This document shows, one piece after another, positions 36,634-44,638 of a DNA stretch of 64,000 nucleotides (position 1 is the first letter of the stretch; every line of letters starts with the position of its first letter). The stretch is from assembly GCA_021799535.1 (NCBI GenBank), contig JAJZAH010000001.1, positions 32,254 through 96,253 of the forward strand, in the 5' to 3' direction. Source of the DNA: Nanobdellota archaeon. Its GTDB lineage: Archaea; Nanobdellota; Nanobdellia; Pacearchaeales; GW2011-AR1. The position numbers and the translations under genes are program-made. The notes beneath the pieces were generated by a model that searched no databases, was not told where the DNA came from, and saw only the letters and a program-made list of their open reading frames with translations.

Positions 36634-37554
36634 ATGCCAATAAAAGATGCCGAAGCTGTAAAAAGAAAGATATTAGACTTCCTGGGAAATTCCGGTCCAA
36701 GCCTTCCCGTGCATATCGCAAGGGAGATCGGCTTGGATATGATTTTCACATCAGCGTTCCTGTCAGAATTAATCTCTCACGAAAAAATAAAAGCTTCCGA
36801 GATGAAAATAGGAACAAGCCCCGTGTATTTTATTCCGGGAAATGAAGAAGGTCTTGAAAAGTTCTCTGATTTTTTAAAAGGAAAAGAGCGTGAGACTTTT
36901 AACCTTCTAAAAAAAGAAGAGTTCCTGGTAGACTCCGAACAAGAACCTGCAATAAAAATAGCCCTCAGGAGCCTCAAAGACTTTGCAAAACCGTTCGAAA
37001 GAAACGGAAAATTGATATGGAGATATTTTACGGTAGGGGAAACAGAGTATGGAAAAAGTGCCTGTACAAAAGAAGAAGCCGCTCCTGAGAATACCTCTGA
37101 GGTTTACAACACCGGACCGGAAATTGACAAAGAACCGGAAATAAAAGCTAAATTCGTAACTTCTGACAAAAAAGAGACTGAACCAAAAAAAGAACAGGGT
37201 CTTCCAAAAAAGAGACCCCAAAAAAAGAAAGCGAAAATTGCGGGGAAGGAAAAAGATGATAGGTTCTTCAACAAAGTAAAGGAATTTCTTTCAAAAGACG
37301 GTTCGGAAATGACTGACATAATTGGATTTAGCAAAAAAGACTTTACAATTAAAGCAAAAAAAGGCGGAAAAGAATATTTAATTGTCGCTTACAATAAAAA
37401 GAAGATTACAGATAAAGATATCCTAAATGCCTATAAAAAATCAGAGGACTACGGGTTGGACTATTCAGTTTTGTCCATGGGAGATATTCCGAAAAAAGTA
37501 AAAAACTTTATGGATGCGGTGAAGAATATAGACTCGATTGGGAAGATTGAGTAA
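36634..37554 (+). CDS. hypothetical protein with an N-terminal winged-helix-like region and a Lys-rich linker
   Basis: ILDFLGNSGPSLPVHIAREIGLDMIFTSAFLSELISHEKI looks like a wHTH. The middle is KE/P-rich. The C-terminal globular part is unassigned. Confidence 0.5.
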   Translation: MPIKDAEAVKRKILDFLGNSGPSLPVHIAREIGLDMIFTSAFLSELISHEKIKASEMKIGTSPVYFIPGNEEGLEKFSDFLKGKERETFNLLKKEEFLVDSEQEPAIKIALRSLKDFAKPFERNGKLIWRYFTVGETEYGKSACTKEEAAPENTSEVYNTGPEIDKEPEIKAKFVTSDKKETEPKKEQGLPKKRPQKKKAKIAGKEKDDRFFNKVKEFLSKDGSEMTDIIGFSKKDFTIKAKKGGKEYLIVAYNKKKITDKDILNAYKKSEDYGLDYSVLSMGDIPKKVKNFMDAVKNIDSIGKIE

Positions 37555-37642
37555 TGTCCTTGGTGATTTCTAGCCGACAATGGACTTACCCACTTGCCCG
37601 GAAAAGCATAAGGTTTAAAAAAGAGATTTTGTACCTCTAACC

Positions 37643-37849
37643 ATGGGAAAGATAAAATCAAAACAGGTAAAAAGAGCTTCACATGAGCTTATGAATAACG
37701 GAATAGGTTTTCACGAAGAGTTCGGGAAGAATAAAATTATACTTGGAAGAGAGATGCCTTCGAAAAAGATGAGAAACAAGATGGCCGGATATTTATCAAG
37801 GTTTATGAAGCACAAGCACGAAGAATCAAAAAAGCTTGAGGCTAATTAG
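37643..37849 (+). CDS. rps17e: 30S ribosomal protein S17e
   Basis: MGKIKSKQVKRASHELM...MRNKMAGYLSRF matches the eS17 pattern. The protein is 68 aa. Confidence 0.85.
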   Translation: MGKIKSKQVKRASHELMNNGIGFHEEFGKNKIILGREMPSKKMRNKMAGYLSRFMKHKHEESKKLEAN

Positions 37850-37918
37850 ACAAAAGCCTGTTGAAAATCCTTTTAAACTTCTTATTTTTCATAGACTTAT
37901 CTTGGCAATTGGAAATTT

Positions 37919-37990
37919 GGCTCTGTAGCTCAGTGTCAGAGCGCTGCTCTCATGAGGCAGAGGTCGGGAGTTAAATTCTCCTCAGAGCCA
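37919..37990 (+). tRNA. tRNA with CAU anticodon (elongator Met, or Ile2 if C34 is modified)
   Basis: Hand-folded cloverleaf. The acceptor is GGCTCTG/CAGAGCC and the D arm is GCTC-AGTGTCA-GAGC. The anticodon stem CTGCT/GGCAG carries the loop CT-CAT-GA. The T arm is GGGAG-TTAAATT-CTCCT. It lacks the A1-U72 pair and the GGG/CCC stem of initiators. Confidence 0.9.
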
Positions 37991-38143
37991 TTATCATAAA
38001 GCAAAGCATGCACAAAAAATTGATGGCCCTGTAACAAATAAGAATTCTTGTATTAGCACAAAATCGCGCGAAAAGTTCAGAAAAAAAAGTAAAAACAAAT
38101 TAAAATCTCTCCAACCAAAAAGATCCGTCTATTGTCCTAAAAC

Positions 38144-38305
38144 CTACTTCTTTTTGCCTTTAGTAGATTTCTTTTTACCCTTTCTAGTTGGTTTTGCCAT
38201 TCTTTTAGCTTTTTTAACAGGCTTCATTCGGACTGCTTTTCTCCTTACAACCTTCCCGGACCTCTTCACTTTTTTTCCCTTAACAGTCCTGCCTTTACTT
38301 ACCAC
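38144..38305 (-). CDS. small, extremely basic protein (53 aa), hypothetical
   Basis: GTG start at 38303-38305 with a GAGGT motif 9 nt upstream. The sequence is VVSKGRTVKGKKVKRSGKVVRRKAVRMKPVKKAKRMAKPTRKGKKKSTKGKKK. The ORF is below the track cutoff. Confidence 0.4.
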   Translation of the reverse strand: MVSKGRTVKGKKVKRSGKVVRRKAVRMKPVKKAKRMAKPTRKGKKKSTKGKKK

Positions 38306-38541
38306 TATTTTTTAACCTCTTTTTAGTTCATGTATACCAAACGAAGTTTGGCCCAACGCAAAAATCGGATTTTGCATTGATAATTAATTTATGGGGGGAT
38401 TTCTTTAAATACTTTTTTATTTTTTTAAAAAATTTTGAAAAAAATTTTGAAAAAACTGAATTTACCGACGGAAAGAATAATTTTTATTAATTTAATAATT
38501 ACACATGAAATTTTTCAGATAATTTGAGCAAAAAAGAGTAT

Positions 38542-38955
38542 TTACTCACCCAAAACTTTTATCAAAATCTTTTTGTCCCTTTCACCGTCGAATTCAGCAT
38601 AGAATATTTCCTCCCATCTCCCAAGCTCAAGCTCAAAATTCTGGACTGAGACTACAACCTCACGGCCCATTATAATCCTCCAGATATGCGAAAACCCATT
38701 GTCCTCACCAGTCAAGTGGTGGTGATAATTGGAATCTTTCGGGGAAACTTTTTCTAAAAATTCCTTGAAGTCTTCAATGAGGCCAGGCTCATTGTCATTT
38801 ATGTAAACTGAAGAAGTTATATGCATGGGATTGACAAGGACTATCCCGTCCTGGACACCTGACTCTTTCACAGCTTGCCTGACTAAATCAGTAATTCTTA
38901 TGAAATCTATTCTTTTCTTTGTGTGGATTGTTATTTTCTTTGAATAAACTACCAT
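38542..38955 (-). CDS. YjbQ/UPF0047 family protein
   Basis: HITSSVYINDNEPGL...HHHLTGEDNGFSH...ELGRWEEIFYAEFDG is the YjbQ pattern. The start is set at MVVYSKK. Confidence 0.75.
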   Translation of the reverse strand: MVVYSKKITIHTKKRIDFIRITDLVRQAVKESGVQDGIVLVNPMHITSSVYINDNEPGLIEDFKEFLEKVSPKDSNYHHHLTGEDNGFSHIWRIIMGREVVVSVQNFELELGRWEEIFYAEFDGERDKKILIKVLGE

Positions 38956-39187
38956 CTTAACCCGACGACTTAAAAAAGTCAATAAGACTCCGCAATAAAA
39001 AAATATCCAATCTTTTTTAATCTTATAGATTCCCATAATCCTGTATTTTTTCAGGGGCCATGCAAACCTTTTTTTCTATTCTCTAAGAAGTAGCCGGCAC
39101 AGCCGTGATCTGTACCGGCCTGCCATTTCTACATTTGAAATGACTATGAAATAAACACAGAAGGAAACCGAATCCCTGTCTGTGAGA

Positions 39188-39259
39188 AGCGGAGGGCGGG
39201 AGTCGAACCCGCACAAATTCGCTCTGCAGGCGAACGCAGTGCCGTTGTGCCACCTCCGC
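39188..39259 (-). tRNA. tRNA-Cys (anticodon GCA)
   Basis: Hand-folded cloverleaf. The acceptor is GCGGAGG/CCTCCGC. The anticodon stem TTCGC/GCGAA carries the loop CT-GCA-GA. The T arm is GCGGG-TTCGACT-CCCGC and the discriminator is U. The ORF 39076-39261 is its antisense artefact. Confidence 0.9.
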
Positions 39260-39283
39260 ATGTAAAAGGGATAAGGAAAAATC

Positions 39284-39291
39284 TATTTAAA
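39284..39291 (-). promoter_or_regulatory. TATA-box-like element upstream of tRNA-Cys
   Basis: TTTAAATA on the minus strand, with its 3' edge 25 nt upstream of tRNA position 1. Confidence 0.35.
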
Positions 39292-39365
39292 GATTGTCAT
39301 GGAGATGCATCCCGCAAAGTTCAACAAAACACAAGCTTTAAAAAAGAGGCTGACAACTAAATAAC

Positions 39366-39734
39366 ATGGCAAAAAAATCCAAGCAGGAAACGCAAAAAGA
39401 TAAAGAAAAACGGGAGAAACCTAAGGAAAAACTCAGCCAAGCAGAATATGAAAAAAAAGTCAAAGAGCTCGGAAAAGAGGGGCTAACATCAGAGAAAATT
39501 GGCCAAAAGCTGAGAGATGATGGCATTCACCCGAAAGAATACTCAGGTAAGATATCAGAAGTATTGGGAGACCTGTATGTCAATCCTGATTTAAAAAATG
39601 TGGAAAAGAAACTGGAAAGAATCGAGAACCACTACAAAAAAAATTTGCAGGACAAAAAAGCCAAAAGGGAAAAAGACAGAGTTTTCTCTCAGGCAAGAAA
39701 GATAAGGAAATATCTTGGAATAGCCTTAAAATAG
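39366..39734 (+). CDS. rps15: 30S ribosomal protein S15 (uS15)
   Basis: EGLTSEKIGQKLRDDGIHPKEY and the C-terminal helical block ...HYKKNLQDKKAKREKDRVFSQARKIRKYL parallel archaeal S15P. Confidence 0.8.
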   Translation: MAKKSKQETQKDKEKREKPKEKLSQAEYEKKVKELGKEGLTSEKIGQKLRDDGIHPKEYSGKISEVLGDLYVNPDLKNVEKKLERIENHYKKNLQDKKAKREKDRVFSQARKIRKYLGIALK

Positions 39735-39763
39735 TCCGGATTCTTTCTTCTGAAAATTGAAAA

Positions 39764-41137
39764 ATGAGAAGTGATAGTTTGGAATCGCTTTTAAAAGAAA
39801 CAGCAGATTCGTTCTTGGAGAAGGTGAAAGGGCAAAGCGTAGAAGTTGTGAGCCATTTTGACAGCGACGGAGTAACTTCCGCCGCGATAATGGTGCAGAC
39901 CTTGAAAAGGCTTGACCAAAAATTCTCGCTTAGGATAATAAAAAGCTTGACAAAGGAGTTTGTATATTCATTGGATAAAGAAAAAACTGTAATATTCCTT
40001 GATTTAGCCTCCGGTAACCTTAAAAGCATTGGAGAAGCAAGATTAAAAAAAGTTTTTATAATAGACCACCATGAGGTCAATCCTGAAGACATACCCGATA
40101 ATGTAGAAATTGTAAATCCAGAAATCTGTGAAAAACAGAAAATCTCATCATCGGGACTGACTTATCTTTTCTGCAAAAAAATTGATGAAAGAAATAAAGA
40201 ATTTGCCAAGCTGGCAGTCATTGGTATGATAGGGGATATGCTTGACAAAGAGATGGGCGGATTAAATTATGGGATACTTGAAGAGGGGGATATACAAAAG
40301 AGAAGAGGCCTTTTAATTTACCCTTCAACAAGGCCAATAAATAAAGTTCTTGAGTTCTCATCCAGCCCTATAATCCCGGGGGTAACAGGAGACCCCTTGA
40401 GAGTTATTGAACTTTTAAGAGAAGCTGGATTAAAGCCGGAGAATGGAAGATACAAAAATCTGGTTGATCTAACTGAAGAAGAGATGGAAAATCTTGTCAC
40501 CTCAATAATACTGAGAAACCCTAAGAAAAAACATAAAGATCTCATAGGTGATTTGTTTCTTGTGAAGATGTTCGGCAAGCTTGAAGATGCAAGAGAAATA
40601 TCTGCAAAGATAAATGCATGTTCAAGAGCAGGAAAACCCGAGGTCGCACTTGGATTTTGCCTAGAAAACGCTGAAGCAAAAAAGAAAGCTGAATCTATAC
40701 ATACAAAATACAGGCAACAGCTGATTTCAGGAATAAAATACGCACAAAGCGAGGAGAAAATAAAAGGGAAAGGTTATGTGATATTAAACGCAAAAGACAG
40801 GATAAAAGACACCATGATAGGGACTATTTCAAGTATACTCGCAAGCTCCCCCGGTTATGAAGAAGGAACAACAATAATCGGGATGAGTTATGATGGAAAC
40901 AACAAAATAAAGATCTCAGGAAGGAATGTAGGAAAAGAGGGGAGAAATTTAAAGGAGCTCCTATCAGATGTCATGGAGTCATTTGACGGCGAAGTGGGAG
41001 GACACCATTCCGCAGCAGGATGTGTAATAGATATAGACGATGAAGAAGAGTTCATAAACAAGATAAGAAAACATCTTGAGATTGAAGTTGTAAAAATAGG
41101 TAGAGAGAATAATCTTCCGCCCCAGATCAGTTTGTGA
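39764..41137 (+). CDS. RecJ/GAN-like DHH-DHHA1 nuclease (Cdc45/RecJ family), paralog 3
   Basis: SHFDSDGVTSAA (DxD), IIDHHE (DHH) and VGGHHSAAGC (DHHA1). The protein is 457 aa and lies immediately downstream of rps15. Confidence 0.8.
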   Translation: MRSDSLESLLKETADSFLEKVKGQSVEVVSHFDSDGVTSAAIMVQTLKRLDQKFSLRIIKSLTKEFVYSLDKEKTVIFLDLASGNLKSIGEARLKKVFIIDHHEVNPEDIPDNVEIVNPEICEKQKISSSGLTYLFCKKIDERNKEFAKLAVIGMIGDMLDKEMGGLNYGILEEGDIQKRRGLLIYPSTRPINKVLEFSSSPIIPGVTGDPLRVIELLREAGLKPENGRYKNLVDLTEEEMENLVTSIILRNPKKKHKDLIGDLFLVKMFGKLEDAREISAKINACSRAGKPEVALGFCLENAEAKKKAESIHTKYRQQLISGIKYAQSEEKIKGKGYVILNAKDRIKDTMIGTISSILASSPGYEEGTTIIGMSYDGNNKIKISGRNVGKEGRNLKELLSDVMESFDGEVGGHHSAAGCVIDIDDEEEFINKIRKHLEIEVVKIGRENNLPPQISL

Positions 41138-41139
41138 GG

Positions 41140-41658
41140 TTAACATCCTGCTGCAACTGAAGAAGTGCATGCAGGGATGCTTGTTATGGAGTCAACAACT
41201 CCGCACTGAACATTTGAAATTCTTGGGGAAATCTGAATTTCTGTAGGAGTACCCTGAAATCCCGAGAGGCAATAAGTCTTTCCGGACTCATTAATAGGCC
41301 ATGTAACATTGGAAGAAGTTGCGGAGTTGTAATAATTAAGTCCGGTTATATTCTGAGGCTCATCGGTTAAATAGAAAGTCCTTGAGGAATTATCACTCGA
41401 AACAGCAACCAAAATAGACTGCATGGCAAGGTCATTTCTAGAGATTGATATCAGAACTTTCCCGGATGGTTGATAATAACAGGTATAATCCGGATTAAGG
41501 GATAATTTCCCTTGGACACCATTGCATGCCCCTGCATTGTTTAAGTTTGTCCTGACAAAAGTAACCACTACAGCTCCTATACCAGCTGCAGCTCCGACAG
41601 TCAAAAGTATCAGAAGAACGGTGCTAACAATCTGGCTCAAACCTTTCCTGTCATCCAT
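41140..41658 (-). CDS. archaeal type IV pilin-like protein (class III signal peptide)
   Basis: MDDRKG/LSQIVSTVLLILLTVGAAA is a short charged leader, a KG-L cleavage-type site and a hydrophobic helix. The C-terminus is Cys-containing. Confidence 0.7.
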   Translation of the reverse strand: MDDRKGLSQIVSTVLLILLTVGAAAGIGAVVVTFVRTNLNNAGACNGVQGKLSLNPDYTCYYQPSGKVLISISRNDLAMQSILVAVSSDNSSRTFYLTDEPQNITGLNYYNSATSSNVTWPINESGKTYCLSGFQGTPTEIQISPRISNVQCGVVDSITSIPACTSSVAAGC

Positions 41659-41659
41659 C

Positions 41660-42118
41660 TTAGCTTAAAGAAACTTCTTTTCCCTGCGAGTCAGGGCAAG
41701 TGTAAGTTTGATCTCCGCTCGATTGAGTCTTTCCTATAAGGACTGGTATAATTGTGAGACTCGTTGCACCAGTAGTATTCAGAGGACCCTGATAGACATC
41801 ACCTGGATTGAGCCCCACCTTCGGCCAAGAAGTGCTATTTCCTATAACAACTGTACTATACGACCCTGCTCCGGAAATTTTAGCTTTAAATTCATAAATT
41901 GGAACATTCCCCGTATTCGAAATTGAGATATTCCCAGACGAATAGCTTGCATCAAACTGAACATTATTGCAAACAAGCTGAACATTTTGTCCGCCAAATT
42001 TAGTGATGGCCTCTTGGGTTATTCCTCTAAGCCAAAGGAAAACTATCAGTCCAAGGACAATAACAATTGCAATCAGAAGTACGGTAGCTATTACGGGAGA
42101 CAACCCTCTCTTTTTCAT
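41660..42118 (-). CDS. archaeal type IV pilin-like protein (DUF1628-type N-terminus)
   Basis: MKKRG/LSPVIATVLLIAIVIVLGLIV is a canonical archaeal prepilin N-terminus. Confidence 0.8.
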   Translation of the reverse strand: MKKRGLSPVIATVLLIAIVIVLGLIVFLWLRGITQEAITKFGGQNVQLVCNNVQFDASYSSGNISISNTGNVPIYEFKAKISGAGSYSTVVIGNSTSWPKVGLNPGDVYQGPLNTTGATSLTIIPVLIGKTQSSGDQTYTCPDSQGKEVSLS

Positions 42119-42167
42119 GAGTCTTAAAAGCATCCGACGTTTTTAAATTTAGTTATGAAAACCAGAT

Positions 42168-42689
42168 TTACCCACTGAACACAAAAGACTGGCTTCCATC
42201 AGGATACTGTATAAGATAGTAAAAATTCTCCCCTTGATGAAAAGTAAAATTGTAATAAATTCCCCCAAGTACGAGAGAAACATTGTCTCCCGAGAGAGGG
42301 TAACGACTTTTAAAGACGCTCGTGTTTGATACAGCAAACGCTCCATAGCCCGTGTTTATGTACAAATCCGTTCCGGAAAGTTTGTTTCCCGAAAGGGTAA
42401 CGGTAGAGAGATTTCCATAAAGGAAAAAAGAATTCTTATCCAAACCCACTTCATTGACACAATCATCCGAGAAATTTGACAGAATTGCATCCTGGTCTGG
42501 CGGAAGAATCTGCTCACGCGAGAAGTAGTCCATAAGATAAGAGGATTCCGTATTAATATTATTCTGTTCTGCAGAGAATTTCGATGCTGAAGTGTAAGTG
42601 AGCTTGTTCGAATCGGTTATAAACCCGGCAAAAACTGCAGCAAGAATTATTACTGCTATAAAATAAAATTGCCCTTTTTTGCCCATCAT
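42168..42689 (-). CDS. pilin-like secreted protein (class III signal-peptide-like)
   Basis: MMGKKG/QFYFIAVIILAAVFAG. Confidence 0.55.
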   Translation of the reverse strand: MMGKKGQFYFIAVIILAAVFAGFITDSNKLTYTSASKFSAEQNNINTESSYLMDYFSREQILPPDQDAILSNFSDDCVNEVGLDKNSFFLYGNLSTVTLSGNKLSGTDLYINTGYGAFAVSNTSVFKSRYPLSGDNVSLVLGGIYYNFTFHQGENFYYLIQYPDGSQSFVFSG

Positions 42690-42730
42690 TATTATAAGAA
42701 AACCCGATTTATATTTATATAATTATTGAA

Positions 42731-42993
42731 AGCAGGCCAGGAAGATTGCAGGGAAAGCTCCAGAAATGGCTTCCTTTAAAGTCCCTCAGCTTTGCAACCC
42801 GCCAAGCACCCAAGCAAATGTTTAGGGTTGCTCCGATCAAGGCCTCACCCGGTTCGCAAGTGCAGGATCAAAGCGGACAAAGCGTCAACGGAAAATCAAA
42901 GACCATCCAAGGATCATCTCCACTTTCTGCCCGTCATCTGCCATAAAGCCCATTTGCATGAGGGAAGGGGCTAGCTTCCCGATCAAGCCTGCT
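42731..42993 (-). ncRNA. structured GC-rich RNA, most likely signal recognition particle (7S) RNA
   Basis: The segment is conspicuously GC-rich within AT-rich DNA. A terminal helix pairs AGCAGGC with GCCTGCT. Read on the minus strand it contains GAACC-GGGU-GAGG-CC-UUGAUC-GG-AGCA-ACCC, which is the SRP helix-8 pattern (xAGG / AGCA symmetric loop, AACC asymmetric loop). Two 5' hairpins have complementary loops, GCCC and GGGC, as in the Alu domain. A TATA box lies at the right distance on this strand. Confidence 0.55.
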
Positions 42994-43013
42994 AAAACAC
43001 GAGCGACATAAAG

Positions 43014-43022
43014 TATATAAAA
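43014..43022 (-). promoter_or_regulatory. TATA-box-like element upstream of the putative SRP RNA
   Basis: TTTTATATA on the minus strand, with its 3' edge 21 nt upstream of the first base of the terminal helix. Confidence 0.35.
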
Positions 43023-43592
43023 TTATTTATTTAGCCTCTTTCCGCGCATTAAGATCAGGAAAGAAAAAAGTACCAGCAAGACAAAAAAATCAAGGAGCAA
43101 TACAAAACCAACCAGGCTGTAAGACCCGGAAACAGAATGTCCTGAAACCCCCAGATTAGAAGGATTAGCAAGAGATGTATCCTTTCCAGAATAAGTAAAA
43201 AAAGTTATCCACAACCCAGCTCTTATCGGCTTTCCGCTCATCCTGTAAAGGAGAACTCCATGATAAATTCCGGGAGAATGAGAAATAAAGCACAATCTTT
43301 GCTCTAAGAGTCCTTTCACAGTAAGATTTTTGCTGAAAATTGAATTGATTCCAATCTCAGAACTCTTGAAGATATGGCTTGACAAATCGCGGCCAGATTC
43401 ACCTGCTCTTTCCCAGAATAACTCGCCTTGAAAGGTTTCCGGGGATGCAGAATTAATAAAAAATGTACCACAGACTTCCTCACCCGCCGGACCCTCAAGA
43501 TCTATCTGCGTAGGAGACAGGCTAAACCCTGCCGCACACGAAATTTGTAATGATAAAACCAAAAGAAGAAAGGAAAGTATAAAGGTTTTCAT
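43023..43592 (-). CDS. secreted protein with a C-terminal TM anchor, hypothetical
   Basis: Sec-type signal peptide MKTFILSFLLLVLSLQISCAAG and a C-terminal hydrophobic helix with a basic tail (...FLILMRGKRLNK). Confidence 0.5.
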   Translation of the reverse strand: MKTFILSFLLLVLSLQISCAAGFSLSPTQIDLEGPAGEEVCGTFFINSASPETFQGELFWERAGESGRDLSSHIFKSSEIGINSIFSKNLTVKGLLEQRLCFISHSPGIYHGVLLYRMSGKPIRAGLWITFFTYSGKDTSLANPSNLGVSGHSVSGSYSLVGFVLLLDFFVLLVLFSFLILMRGKRLNK

Positions 43593-43595
43593 TTT

Positions 43596-44078
43596 TCAAG
43601 AGGGGACAGCTGTGAAGATTATATCAGCAGATTCATTCTTTCCTTGAATAAGATTCCCATCATATTTCGTAAGGTCAAGGTATGCATAGATAGTCTGAGA
43701 TCTTTCTCCTCCAACACTCGAAGGCTTTGCAATCTGAACACTGAAATTGTTCAGCCCAACGGGAGTATCAGACGAAAGTCTCGCAAATTTAAGATTTGTG
43801 AGGATCCCTCCGGAGTAAGAATTATCAAGAGATACTTTTATTGTAATATCAACCGTCCCGGTATTCTTGAGTTCAAAAGACTCTTTTTCAGAGATATATC
43901 CTGAAGTAACGTTTCGGAAAATTAAGTCATCGGGAACAGAAATTCCAACTTCAGCGGGGGAGAGTTGGGCAGTTACATGAGTGATGCCTGAGGAAGATGC
44001 TGCAACAAAACCCAAGCTTAACAAAGCAAGCGAAAAAAAGAGCAACTTTCGGGAAATTTTAACGGGATGCATAACCAA
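43596..44078 (-). CDS. secreted beta-rich protein, hypothetical
   Basis: Signal-peptide-like LLFFSLALLSLGFVAASSS followed by a Ser/Thr/Asn-rich sequence. Confidence 0.5.
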   Translation of the reverse strand: MVMHPVKISRKLLFFSLALLSLGFVAASSSGITHVTAQLSPAEVGISVPDDLIFRNVTSGYISEKESFELKNTGTVDITIKVSLDNSYSGGILTNLKFARLSSDTPVGLNNFSVQIAKPSSVGGERSQTIYAYLDLTKYDGNLIQGKNESADIIFTAVPS

Positions 44079-44091
44079 AAAACAATGAAAC

Positions 44092-44388
44092 TCAATTAAT
44101 AAACATTATTGCAACCCAAAAGTATTTTTCCGGATTATTAAGATTAAGATCAAACCCCAACAGAATTTTTATCTTTATGTGCTTCTTAGGAATTATGACT
44201 CTCTCCAGCGTCCCATTCCCGTCGCTGTCGAAAAAAAGCGTGTCGAGGGATCTATCTCCCATGTTTGATTTTCCGACCGCGAAAGCGTCGCGGTCAACCC
44301 TGACCTTTCCACTAAAAGAGTCATAACCAGACACATGAAAAAAACCGATAAGACCCCACCAAATGCCGTCTTTCATCGGACCCCGCAT
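44092..44388 (-). CDS. hypothetical protein
   Basis: 98-aa ORF co-oriented with the two secreted-protein genes. No motif recognised. Confidence 0.35.
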   Translation of the reverse strand: MRGPMKDGIWWGLIGFFHVSGYDSFSGKVRVDRDAFAVGKSNMGDRSLDTLFFDSDGNGTLERVIIPKKHIKIKILLGFDLNLNNPEKYFWVAIMFIN

Positions 44389-44638
44389 ATGGTAATAAAT
44401 CTCTAAGACCTCTCAAAATGATCCGGCTCCAAATACCAGGCTTTTATGAACAGTATATTTTTTCATAAACTTTAGCGTCAAAAACATGATCGCGAGTATT
44501 TGGGCTTCCCGAAACTGCGGCTCCAAGGACTATTGGTAAAAGATGATACCACCTTAATCTCATTTTCGTAAAAATCCTGCAAGATTAATAAAGATTTTTA
44601 CAGTCCTAAAGAGTCTCAAAAGAGAATTGAAGGAGAAA

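Noticed and set aside
38432-38456. aattttgaaaaa tandem duplication
   Set aside because: It is low-complexity A/T sequence in an AT-rich intergenic region. There are only two units and no structure.
39304-39315. Possible third case of an upstream partial tRNA 5' copy (GCGGGATGCATC, about 56 nt upstream of tRNA-Cys)
   Set aside because: It gives only about 9 matching positions with gaps against GCGGAGGTGGCA. That is within chance expectation.
42746-42974. ORFs 42746-42946 and 42792-42974 (+)
   Set aside because: They fall inside the GC-rich structured RNA candidate. Their translations are Pro/Arg/Gln/Lys-rich, as expected from a GC island. There is no SD or promoter logic.
42731-42993. Alternative reading of the structured RNA as RNase P RNA on the plus strand
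   Set aside because: The plus strand does show P1/P2-like terminal helices, a P3-like hairpin and AAAGUCCCU that could pair with GGGGCU leaving a bulged U (P4-like). I could not find CR-II/III/IV-like elements. The helix-8-like xAGG/AGCA module, the two 5' hairpins with complementary loops and the TATA spacing all favour SRP RNA on the minus strand. This is left as an explicit alternative for cmsearch to decide.
44447-44563. Short minus-strand ORF MRLRWYHLLPIVLGAAVSGSPNTRDHVFDAKVYEKIYCS*, possibly the signal-peptide part of a gene disrupted upstream of ORF 44092-44388
   Set aside because: Joining it to the 98-aa ORF needs at least two frame changes across a 60-nt gap, and I recognise no family to guide the repair. 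The evidence is insufficient.
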